NCBI GenBank assembly: GCA_024679535.1
Contig: JAIBDF010000001.1
Coordinates: 21,748-85,747 of the forward strand
Origin: Chromatiales bacterium
GTDB lineage: Bacteria; Pseudomonadota; Gammaproteobacteria; Steroidobacterales; Woeseiaceae
DNA length: 64,000 nt
Reading direction: 5' to 3'
Shown here: positions 52,228 to 61,174 of the stretch, piece by piece
Position numbering within the stretch: the first letter of the stretch is position 1
Layout: every line of letters begins with the position of its first letter
Translations under genes and position numbers: made by a program
Notes under the pieces: model-generated
Told to the model about the DNA's origin: nothing
The model's input: the letters and a program-made list of their open reading frames with translations, nothing else
Database searches by the model: none

Positions 52228-54604
52228 GCATCGGCTTGACCAGGTAGTACGCGACAGCTGGTAGCAACAGCAATGCGCCGAGCATGTTCCAAAGGAACAT
52301 GAAGGTCAGCATGAGGCCCATGTCAGCCTGGAACTTGATCGGCGAAAATATCCAGGTACCTACACCAATCGCGAGCGTCAGCCCGGTAAATGCGACGGCG
52401 ATGCCCGTAGTCTGCAGCGCTTTCAGGTAAGCCGTATATAACGACAGTCCGCGCTTCAGGTAGCTCTCCATCTTACTGAAGATGTAGATGCCATAGTCCA
52501 CGCCGATGCCGACGCCCAGGGCGATTACCGGCAGCGTTGCGACCTTTACGCCAATACCCAGCATAGCCATCAGCGCCTGACCGAGAACCGATGTCAGTGC
52601 CAGCGGGACGATAATACAGGCCACCGCACGCCATGATCGGAAGGTAAGGAATACCAGGAAGCTGACGACGCTGTAGACCAGCGCCAGCATTTGATATTGC
52701 GCCTTGCCGATCACGATATTGGTGACGGACTCGATACCGGCGTTGCCGGCGGCGAGTGCGAATTTGATATAGCCGGTGTCGCCTGCTGCGAGACTGAATT
52801 CCATGTCGTCACTATCGTACTCGGCGGCGAAAGCCTCAGCAGCGCCGATGACGACACTCAGGGTCTCTGCCTTGTGGTCGTTGAGGAAGATCAGAATCGG
52901 CACCATGCTGCAGTCGGTATTGATTAACGTGGTCGGCACCGAGCTAAGCGAGTTGTTGAGGATGTAACGATTACGACTGAGTGTGTACCACTTCGGGTTA
53001 CCCTCGTTCATCGCCATGATGACGCGTTTGGAGACGTCGACCAGCGAGATCACTGACTGCACGCCCTCGGTGTTCTTCAGAACTTCCTGAAACCGGTCTA
53101 CGGCTGCGACGGTTCTGTACTCGCCGCACTGTTGGGGCGCGGTCTGCACCATCGTTACGAAGACATCGGTGCTGGTTGTGTAATTCTCAGTGAGGAACGC
53201 GTTGTCCAGGTTATAGCGTGAGTCCGGCCTCAATTCAGGGGCGCCTGCATCCAGGTCACCAATGCGCAGATCTTTACTGCCGTAGAAACCGAATCCGAAC
53301 AGGACGATCGCAATACCTATCATAATCATTGCATACGGCGGTTTCGTAAAGCTGGCGACGAGCGGCCAAAGCCTGGACGGATTGTCGCGCTTGCGCTGCA
53401 GGTAACGCAGTGACGACTTTGACAGTCCGACATACGACATCAATACCGGCAGCAATATGAGATTGGTAAAGATCAGTACGCCTACGCCGATACTGGCCGT
53501 TATCGCGAGTTCCTGGATGACCGGAATCTTGATGACGATGAGCGTAAGGAAGCCGATGCCATCGCTGACAAGGGCGACCAGTCCAGGAATGTACAGCGCG
53601 CGAAAAGCGCGTCTTGCGGACCAGAAAGAGCCGGCGCCGAAAAAGAAACGAACGGCGATGTTGTTGATGATCTGTACGCCGTGGCTGATACCGATAGCGA
53701 AGACCAAAAAGGGTACCAGCATGGAGTAGGGGTCAAGGCCAAAGCCCAGCGTGTGCAGAAGGCCGAGCTGCCAGACCACTGCGATGGTCGAACAGATCAC
53801 CGGGACAAACGTGGCGAAGACGCATCGCGAATACACGGTGAGCAGTACGAGTGTTATGGCCAATGCCACACCAAAGAACATGGCGACGAGGGTTGCGCCT
53901 TCGATCAGGTCGCCAACGACCTTGGCAAAGCCCGTGACGTGAATCTTTATCCGGTCGGTCTCGTACTTGTCCCGAACGAGGGACTCAATGCTCCTCGAGA
54001 AATCCCGGTAGTCGAGTTTCTCCCCGGTCTCCGCATTGATGTCTGTCAGCGGTGCGATAATGATCGCGGATTTGAAGTTATTGGCGACCAGGCGGCCAAC
54101 CTGCCCGGAGCGCAGAATATTCAGGCGCAGCTGATCGAGTGATTCCTCGGAGCCGTCGTAGCCGTTGGGTATTACCGCGCCGCCGCGAAAGCCTTCCTCG
54201 GTGACCTCGCTCCATCGCACATTGGGCGTCCAGATAGACTGCAGGCCCGACCGGTCAACGCCCGGTATATAGAAAACCTCGTCGTTAATGAGTCGCAGTG
54301 CTTCCTGGAATTCCTTGTCGAAGATATCGCCGTCGGTCGTTTCAACAATGATCCGTATCGAATTGCTGAGACTCGCAAGGTCTGCCTTGTTGTCCAGGTA
54401 GTTCTGGATATACGGGTGCGACGTCGGAATCATCTTCTCGAAGCTGGCGTCGGGTTCGATCTGTAAGGCCTGTGAGCCGAAAAACGCGGTCAGCAGGACG
54501 AAGATCAAGATGACCGGAATCCGGTTCTCGAACAGGACTCGCTCGGCCAGCGGTGGACGTTCCTTGTCAGAGAGTCCGGTCTGGCGATTGACTACATCAT
54601 TCAT
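52211..54604 (-). CDS. RND/MMPL-family inner-membrane transporter
   Basis: About 797 aa with duplicated TM bundles and two periplasmic domains; VPFLVFAIGISHGVQ and LPVIALGVGIGVDYGIY motifs; start at ATG 54604. Confidence 0.9.
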   Translation of the reverse strand: MNDVVNRQTGLSDKERPPLAERVLFENRIPVILIFVLLTAFFGSQALQIEPDASFEKMIPTSHPYIQNYLDNKADLASLSNSIRIIVETTDGDIFDKEFQEALRLINDEVFYIPGVDRSGLQSIWTPNVRWSEVTEEGFRGGAVIPNGYDGSEESLDQLRLNILRSGQVGRLVANNFKSAIIIAPLTDINAETGEKLDYRDFSRSIESLVRDKYETDRIKIHVTGFAKVVGDLIEGATLVAMFFGVALAITLVLLTVYSRCVFATFVPVICSTIAVVWQLGLLHTLGFGLDPYSMLVPFLVFAIGISHGVQIINNIAVRFFFGAGSFWSARRAFRALYIPGLVALVSDGIGFLTLIVIKIPVIQELAITASIGVGVLIFTNLILLPVLMSYVGLSKSSLRYLQRKRDNPSRLWPLVASFTKPPYAMIMIGIAIVLFGFGFYGSKDLRIGDLDAGAPELRPDSRYNLDNAFLTENYTTSTDVFVTMVQTAPQQCGEYRTVAAVDRFQEVLKNTEGVQSVISLVDVSKRVIMAMNEGNPKWYTLSRNRYILNNSLSSVPTTLINTDCSMVPILIFLNDHKAETLSVVIGAAEAFAAEYDSDDMEFSLAAGDTGYIKFALAAGNAGIESVTNIVIGKAQYQMLALVYSVVSFLVFLTFRSWRAVACIIVPLALTSVLGQALMAMLGIGVKVATLPVIALGVGIGVDYGIYIFSKMESYLKRGLSLYTAYLKALQTTGIAVAFTGLTLAIGVGTWIFSPIKFQADMGLMLTFMFLWNMLGALLLLPAVAYYLVKPMPTAQT

Positions 54605-55784
54605 GCTCGTCGCCTTCATCGATGATCGACACACCACCAAAACCGAGCAGCAGCAGCTTGTCGTCACTCGTTTTTGTGACGCCGCTATAGACGCTGTTGC
54701 CGGAGGTCGACACTTTCTTAAACGTAGTGCCATGATCATTGCTGGTGAGCACGGCGCCGGCAGATCCAACAAGGACGACCGCGCCATCTTCGCCGGTCAT
54801 GCCGTCCAGCAAGGTCCGCTCATCGTTGGTGGTGACGGCGGACCATGTGTCGCCATCATCCGTTGAACGGAACACGTTACCCCTCAGTCCAAATACGAGT
54901 AGCCCGCCGTCGTGCGTGGCGATGGCTCCAAAAAATGATCCCTGGTATGGCGAGGCGGGACGATCCCAGGTCTCGCCCTGATCGCGCGAACGCAGGATTA
55001 TCCCGGCTTCACCGGCAACCAGTAAGGTTCCGGAAACCGAACGGGCAATGCCATACAGGTGATAATTATCCGGGTTATCGAGCCGCTCTGAAATCAATTG
55101 CCAGGTCGCACCGCTATCGTTGGTGTGCAACAGGATTCCATAGGCCCCCAGTGCATAACCATTGCGTTCGTTTTCGAACCAGACATCGAGGAGGGGCATA
55201 GTGACGCCTTCGTCAAGCGCGGCTGAAGCGTCCTCGAGAGCGAAGAGTGCGTCGTCGAGCGCCCACTCAAGGTCCTCCAAGGTCTCGGGTGAGGCCAGGC
55301 TGATCTCACTCCGCAGCTGATCGACCTTTTTCTCCGCTGCGTCTGCGGACAAACGAGCAACATCGACCCCGGTCAGCTTGGTCTGCCAGCTCTGTCCGGC
55401 GTCAGTTGAGCGCAGCAGCACGCCGTCATGCGCCGCTGCCCATGTGTTTCTTTCGCCGGAGAACGTTACTGCCGTCAGTGCCAGTGAGACGGGCACCTGT
55501 GCATGTGTCCAGGAGTCACCACTATCGTCCGAGTAAAGAATATGGCCCTGTTCGCCAGCGACCAGGATGCGGTTCCCATTTGTTGCGGCATCGAGAAGCA
55601 GCGCACTGGAGGCGGTATCGGTCTGCAGGGCAGGCAGCATTTGAAAACGCGTGGTGTTGCCGTGGCTGGTAGCGATATAGCCGGCGAAGGCAAACAGGGC
55701 GACCCCGATCTGCAGAACGATCCGTGAATTGCGGCGGGCCAGTGCGGCCCGCCGTCGTGCTTTCTGGAGGGGGCTAACGAACAC
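54597..55784 (-). CDS. YCF48/BNR-repeat beta-propeller protein
   Basis: Repeated Asp-box motifs (SDDSGDSW, STDAGQSW, TNDSGATW, SRDQGETW, STDDGDTW) after an N-terminal hydrophobic segment. Confidence 0.88.
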   Translation of the reverse strand: MFVSPLQKARRRAALARRNSRIVLQIGVALFAFAGYIATSHGNTTRFQMLPALQTDTASSALLLDAATNGNRILVAGEQGHILYSDDSGDSWTHAQVPVSLALTAVTFSGERNTWAAAHDGVLLRSTDAGQSWQTKLTGVDVARLSADAAEKKVDQLRSEISLASPETLEDLEWALDDALFALEDASAALDEGVTMPLLDVWFENERNGYALGAYGILLHTNDSGATWQLISERLDNPDNYHLYGIARSVSGTLLVAGEAGIILRSRDQGETWDRPASPYQGSFFGAIATHDGGLLVFGLRGNVFRSTDDGDTWSAVTTNDERTLLDGMTGEDGAVVLVGSAGAVLTSNDHGTTFKKVSTSGNSVYSGVTKTSDDKLLLLGFGGVSIIDEGDEHE

Positions 55785-57129
55785 CTGAACGTCGCAGTGC
55801 CGCTGGCGTGTAGTCCCGTTCCTTCACCTGGAAGTCCCAGTTGTATTGATAGCCCTTCAACTCATTACCCAGTCCGATCGGCAGGTGCCGTCCGGAGATC
55901 AGGTCGTGCGATGTTTCAACCGCGTACCACGGCACGCCGACCTGGTAGTGGATATTGTTATGGGCTTCTTTAACGCGCCATAGCTCGCCACGGCCGTCGT
56001 AGAGGTCGGCGATAGTGATTTGCCAGGTGTCTTCATCGACGTAGAACGTGCGCTTCGCGTAGATGTGGCGCTCGCCGTCCTTCAATGTTGCCTCGACCAC
56101 CCAGACCCGGTGCAATTCGTAGCGCAGATACTCGGGGTTCATATGACCGGTAAGGACGATGTCTTTGTACCTGAGGTCCTTGTTGCCGAGCCTGAACGAG
56201 TTATAGGGAACATAAAGCTCCTTCTTGCCCAGCAGCTTCCAGTCGTATCGATCGAGGGCGCCGTTGTACATGTCGAGATCATCGGCAGTACGGAGGCCGT
56301 CGGATGCATTGCCTGGTCCGTCATAGGCGACATCGGGGGCGCGGCGAACCCGGCGTTGCCCCGCGTTATAGACCCATGCTGCGCGAGGTTCCGCCACCTG
56401 GTCGATATTCTCATGCACGAGAAGTACGTCACCTTCGAGGCGTGCAGGCGCTTTGATGGCCTGCTTGTAATAGAACAGGCGGTTCGGCGGAGGCGTTCCG
56501 AGGTATTGCGCGAACGTGAGCTGGTCTTGAAACACCACCGGGCTGAATGAGCCGTTAGCCTGCACAGGAATCTGCGTATAGCTGCGTTGGACGCTGCCGC
56601 CACGATAACGAAGCACGTGGTTCCATACGATCTCGACGCCCGATTTGGGAATCGGGAAAGGAACGTAGGAGTCCACATTGACCAGCCCGTTGCCGTCGGG
56701 TGTGGTTTTGGCAGTCAGGGCATCTTTCTTAACAGCCTCGTACATTGATGCCGGGTAGGCTGCGGTGCGATGCGTTGTGTACACCGGCATGCGGTAGGTG
56801 TCCGGGTAGCGCTGCAGGAGTGCAATCTGTCCTGTGGAAAGATTCTCCTTGTACTGTTCGAAATTCTGCGCGGTGATCGTGAACAGCGGTTTCTCATTTG
56901 GGAACGGATCGACCAGCGGTTCGCCCTTAACGTAGCCGGCGGGCAGGTCAGTCTGGCCACCGGTCCACGCGGGAATGGTACCCGCGGCATTGCCGGCTCG
57001 TTCTGCGCCAATCGGCGTAAGTTCATCACCGCCCAGGCTGGCCGCCTGTTCGGCAGTGAGTTCCGCGAACGCGTTCTGCGCCAAAAGGCCAAGCGCAGCC
57101 AGGATTGTAGTCTTTGTAAGTGCTTTCAT
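55774..57129 (-). CDS. DUF1329 family periplasmic protein (LolA-like domain)
   Basis: Sec signal, LTPIGAERAGNAAGTIPAWTGG, AW.YNAGQRRVRRAP, RYELHRVWVVEA and YTPAALRRSG motifs. Confidence 0.9.
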   Translation of the reverse strand: MKALTKTTILAALGLLAQNAFAELTAEQAASLGGDELTPIGAERAGNAAGTIPAWTGGQTDLPAGYVKGEPLVDPFPNEKPLFTITAQNFEQYKENLSTGQIALLQRYPDTYRMPVYTTHRTAAYPASMYEAVKKDALTAKTTPDGNGLVNVDSYVPFPIPKSGVEIVWNHVLRYRGGSVQRSYTQIPVQANGSFSPVVFQDQLTFAQYLGTPPPNRLFYYKQAIKAPARLEGDVLLVHENIDQVAEPRAAWVYNAGQRRVRRAPDVAYDGPGNASDGLRTADDLDMYNGALDRYDWKLLGKKELYVPYNSFRLGNKDLRYKDIVLTGHMNPEYLRYELHRVWVVEATLKDGERHIYAKRTFYVDEDTWQITIADLYDGRGELWRVKEAHNNIHYQVGVPWYAVETSHDLISGRHLPIGLGNELKGYQYNWDFQVKERDYTPAALRRSGVR

Positions 57130-57154
57130 GGTGTTGGTGCTCCTGGAATTCGGT

Positions 57155-59104
57155 TCAGAAACTGACCGAGAAAGATACGGACAGGAAATCGCGGTCCACG
57201 ATCGTGTTGTAGTCGCCGCCTGAGAATGACGTGTAGGCCAACGAGCCAGTGTACCGATTAAGGTATTCGGCTCCGAGGCTCAGGGTCAAGGCCTTACTGC
57301 CCTCATTGAAATTCGAGTTGGGCGAGTAGCCGTCAACGTCATGTGACCACGCGAAACTGGGTGTCAGGTTAACGCCTGCGAACACGTCGTTGTACGCGAG
57401 GCCCGCACGCACGCGGTATCCCCAGGAGGAATCAGTCACGTAGCCGTCTGTCGTACAATTCCTGGCATTGTAATTTGGTGGCGCTACACCGGCCAGCGCA
57501 TTGCCTTCCGAGCAGGTTATGAACTCGCCCGGGGGAAGGGGCGGAGACGGCAGTGGGATCGGTTCGAAGTAACCCTGACCATACGTCGGCGAGCGGCCAT
57601 AGCGCTGTACGGATTGTTCCGGCAGATCGCCAACCCAGTTGGCGCCAATCTCGGCGGCAAAGGACAGACGACTGGCGCCGAGGACCTGGTCAAAGAAGCG
57701 AATGAATGTGACCTGCGCTTGCGTAACCGGCAGCAGGTCGTAGCCCGATGCAGCACTGCCTGGTCCTACCTCCAGAATCCTGGGTAGTGCGGTCGACCAG
57801 GGTGCCAGGCCAACGGCGCCCTGCAGGATTTCGGTGGTGTTGATCTGCACCGGGAAATCAGGCCGGTAGCTGACCTCTCCTGATAGCGCGAAACCGGCCA
57901 GGTTGGTTGCAAAGCTCACGCCGAACAGCTCGATATCTTCCGGGAACTCGGTGAAGTACTGCGGGTTGCCACTAACCGTAACGTCGCCAATTTGCAGGCC
58001 AGCAAAGGGATTGCCCGGGATAAAGGGCCAGGGCCGATCGCCCAGTGCCGCAGTCAAAGCGTCAAACAGCGGAGGCGGGATTGCAGCGTCGGGAACCAGT
58101 GAGTTCGAAGAGCTAAAGCCGCCCAAGTAGGGTATACGGCTGTGGTAGTTCATGTAGTACAGCCCGAATTCAGAGCCGGCTAGCTCCTCGGCGAAATAGC
58201 GAAATGCCACGCCAAACTGACCGCTATCGTCTGGTTCGATATCGGGCTGGCGGCTAATAAACAGCCCATTTAACATGTTGGCCCGGTCGCTGAGCTGGCC
58301 GTTCAGAGTCACAAAATTGCAGCCTGTGCCAGCAACGTCTGCGGTTGAAAAGTAGGTACCGCAGGCATCGATAACCGTCTTTTCCCATTTGAGCTGGTAA
58401 AACGCCTCAACGCTCAGCGCGTCGGTCAGCCCAGCCGCCATCGTTACCATTGCAATGGGTAACAGACCTTCCTTGATCTCGGCGCCGGGGCGCCGGAATG
58501 CGGAAACGTCGACGGGATTAATCGAGTTGATACCATTCTGGATAAAGGTGCTCTCACCCCAACTCGTGACCTGGCGGCCGACGCGGAGATCCAGAGGCAT
58601 GTCATTCTCGCCGAGGTAAAATGTGCCGTAGACAAAAGCGTCCAGGAGTTCTATACCGGACGCCTGAGCGTAGTCGTCAAACCCGCTGTCGTCGAGGGTT
58701 CGGTCGGGCGTGTAGAGATTTGACGACGTGCCATGTGGCCGTTTGCCGTTCTCGAGTTCCTCGTCGTACCAGTACTTGCCACGCAGGAATAGTCCAAAGT
58801 CCCCCTTGCGGAGCTCAAAGTCGTGTACGCCCTTGAGGATCAGCGAATAGATGTCGCCGTCCTTGTAGTTCAGGTCGCCGTCGTCGGCGGTGCCTGTAGA
58901 GGCCGTACCCAGCCCCGGCGCGCTGCCGGGCGTGACCAGTATCGGTTCCATCTCCGACATGCGCCAGCTGGATCCCAGCGATATCTGGGAATTAAAGCTG
59001 CCTTCCCAGTCTCCCCACACAAATTCGCCTGCTACGGCCGGCACGGTCAATACACTTGCAACGATTGCAAGTGAACCTGACATTATTCTGCATCGCCAAT
59101 TCAC
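57155..59104 (-). CDS. DUF1302 family outer-membrane beta-barrel protein
   Basis: Sec signal, DDGDLNY, RVGRQVTSWGESTFIQNGIN, FRRPGAEIKE; ends DRDFLSVSFSVSF (terminal Phe beta-signal); AGAGGA RBS. Confidence 0.9.
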   Translation of the reverse strand: MNWRCRIMSGSLAIVASVLTVPAVAGEFVWGDWEGSFNSQISLGSSWRMSEMEPILVTPGSAPGLGTASTGTADDGDLNYKDGDIYSLILKGVHDFELRKGDFGLFLRGKYWYDEELENGKRPHGTSSNLYTPDRTLDDSGFDDYAQASGIELLDAFVYGTFYLGENDMPLDLRVGRQVTSWGESTFIQNGINSINPVDVSAFRRPGAEIKEGLLPIAMVTMAAGLTDALSVEAFYQLKWEKTVIDACGTYFSTADVAGTGCNFVTLNGQLSDRANMLNGLFISRQPDIEPDDSGQFGVAFRYFAEELAGSEFGLYYMNYHSRIPYLGGFSSSNSLVPDAAIPPPLFDALTAALGDRPWPFIPGNPFAGLQIGDVTVSGNPQYFTEFPEDIELFGVSFATNLAGFALSGEVSYRPDFPVQINTTEILQGAVGLAPWSTALPRILEVGPGSAASGYDLLPVTQAQVTFIRFFDQVLGASRLSFAAEIGANWVGDLPEQSVQRYGRSPTYGQGYFEPIPLPSPPLPPGEFITCSEGNALAGVAPPNYNARNCTTDGYVTDSSWGYRVRAGLAYNDVFAGVNLTPSFAWSHDVDGYSPNSNFNEGSKALTLSLGAEYLNRYTGSLAYTSFSGGDYNTIVDRDFLSVSFSVSF

Positions 59105-59584
59105 TTTGGAATTCCTCTTGGTTATTCGACTATAAGTTGCTTTGAAACGCTCAATTCGGGCAATTCATGATGGCTTTGTTGTTTTTTGCCCGGTCTCCGC
59201 AGGGATTCGGCTCCGAATGGGCAATGAAGTCAATACGGACTTTTTCGGACTCCGCCAGTCGTCATATGTGCGCCAGGGAAGTAGTGTCTATCAATCGGGG
59301 CGGATTTTGGCCGGAGGTCGACAGCCATATGCGCGAAGCTACGTATGCTTGTCAGCGCGACACTATGGGCCGGACTCGGAATCCATGCGTAGTGAGTTGA
59401 GAATCCGCTGGCTACTGGTCTGTGTGGGGAACTTCGGCTGCTCGCCGACGCCCTCGGGCGGTACCCGGGAAACGCTGCATCCTGTTGCCAGGGCACTAGG
59501 TACTAGCCCGAATGGAAGCGGAAATTCAATTACGGCATAAATAACAAGGGATTGACTCGGGCTTGCGTAGAAGGACGGTGCGAG

Positions 59585-60643
59585 ATGGATTGTTCGCGGT
59601 CCACGTATCTGGAAATGGGGGAGGGCGCAATGGCCGCCCGACTCGCGTTGCTGGGCCTGGATGGGGATGACGCAAAGGCAAGCGCTGCGTTGCTGCAGCA
59701 ACGTGTTATTCGCCCCGGCGTTGATACGATAATCGACGAGTTCCTTGGGTGGTTGTCCGGGATCGATCAATTCACCCGCATGGTCGCCGAACATTCGACG
59801 ACCGATAGGATGCAGACGATGCAGAAGCGTTACCTGCTCAGTCTCGGAGTGGACTTCAATACGCGCACGTATTTTGAAGATCGCATGCTGATCGGAGAGG
59901 TACACCAACGCATGGGGGTCTCACAGAGCCTCTATCAATGTTCAATTCGACGTCTCCAGGAGCTGCTGATCGATGCAATCCCTGAGGATATGAAGGCACA
60001 CCCCCCGAGCTTTCATGAACTCATCAGTTTCATTCTCAGAATTTCAGCGTTCGACATGTCGCTCGCAGTAGAAAGCTATTGCAATGCGAGAGTCTCCGAT
60101 TTGCAGGATTCGCTCAAGACGCAGCGTGATGAGAGTGAGCGCTGGCGGGAGCTCTCGCACAAGGATTCGCTGACGAACCTCCACAACCACTCGTTTTCCC
60201 GCTATAACCTGGAGCAGGCCCTGGAACAGAGCAGTGCCGATGGTCAGCCGTTGTGCGTCATGATGGCTGACGTAGATCATTTCAAACAGATCAACGATAC
60301 CTACGGTCACCTGGCGGGTGACCGGGTGCTTCGAATAGTGGCAGCTCGCATACATTCGGTTGCACGCAGTGGTGATGAGGTCGGGCGCTATGGCGGCGAG
60401 GAATTCCTTTTCATTCTGAAAAACACGCCACTTGATGCGGGCCGTGAGGTAGCGGAACGTGTACGTGCGCATGTTAATGGGGACAAGATCCAAGGCGGCG
60501 GCGCGTCGCTTGATGTGACAGTCAGCATTGGCATTGCACAGGCGCGTCCCCATGAAACTGTCAATTCACTGATTGAGCGGGCCGATACGGCCCTTTATGC
60601 GGCCAAATCCGCGGGACGTAACTGCGTCTTTGTTCCAGATTGA
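59585..60643 (+). CDS. Globin-coupled sensor diguanylate cyclase
   Basis: Protoglobin-like N-terminus (R..IGEVHQRMGV, proximal His); DVDHFKQINDTYGH and RSGDEVGRYGGEEF. Start uncertain (59585, 59615 or 59630). Confidence 0.88.
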   Translation: MDCSRSTYLEMGEGAMAARLALLGLDGDDAKASAALLQQRVIRPGVDTIIDEFLGWLSGIDQFTRMVAEHSTTDRMQTMQKRYLLSLGVDFNTRTYFEDRMLIGEVHQRMGVSQSLYQCSIRRLQELLIDAIPEDMKAHPPSFHELISFILRISAFDMSLAVESYCNARVSDLQDSLKTQRDESERWRELSHKDSLTNLHNHSFSRYNLEQALEQSSADGQPLCVMMADVDHFKQINDTYGHLAGDRVLRIVAARIHSVARSGDEVGRYGGEEFLFILKNTPLDAGREVAERVRAHVNGDKIQGGGASLDVTVSIGIAQARPHETVNSLIERADTALYAAKSAGRNCVFVPD

Positions 60644-60691
60644 ATTTGCGACAATCATCGTCCGCGGATTTTTTTTGTTACCCTCTGCAAC

Positions 60692-61171
60692 ATGAATTCA
60701 CGGCCACGCCTCTCAATACTGTTCGTTTGCATGGGCAACATATGCCGCTCGCCGACCGCGGAGGGCGTGTTTCGATATCACGCAGAACAGGCGGGACACG
60801 CTGAACGCCTGCGCATCGATTCAGCGGGCACCCATGCCTATCACACTGGCGAACCGCCCGATCGCAGGGCACGGGCCGCGGCAGAACGTCGTGGCATGTC
60901 GCTGGAGGGTATTCAGGCCCGGCGAGTGATCGCCGAGGACTTCGAGCTGTTCGATTTCATCATCGCAATGGACGAGGACAACCTGGAACGGTTGCGCCAG
61001 GAAGCACCCGCTGAGCATCAGGCGAAGCTGCGCCTGTTCCTGGAGTTTGGTGATTCGAGCGAACGGGAAGTGCCAGACCCATACTACGGTGGAACAGCCG
61101 GATTTGAGCGTGTACTGGATCTCGTGGAAGAAGCGTCCCGAGGTTTGCTCGGGACGCTTTTCCGTGACTGA
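60692..61171 (+). CDS. Low-molecular-weight protein-tyrosine phosphatase
   Basis: VCMGNICRSP (CX5R), DSAGT and VPDPYYG motifs. Confidence 0.95.
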   Translation: MNSRPRLSILFVCMGNICRSPTAEGVFRYHAEQAGHAERLRIDSAGTHAYHTGEPPDRRARAAAERRGMSLEGIQARRVIAEDFELFDFIIAMDEDNLERLRQEAPAEHQAKLRLFLEFGDSSEREVPDPYYGGTAGFERVLDLVEEASRGLLGTLFRD

Positions 61172-61174
61172 TGT

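Noticed and set aside
59142..59540. 132-aa ORF and overlapping small ORFs in the DUF1302-DGC intergenic region
   Set aside because: TTG start, no SD, no recognisable domain and atypical composition; more likely regulatory DNA.
59400..59690. Possible c-di-GMP riboswitch upstream of the diguanylate cyclase
   Set aside because: The GACGCAAA-like word lies inside the CDS, and the required P1/P2 elements with a GNRA loop and receptor could not be built.
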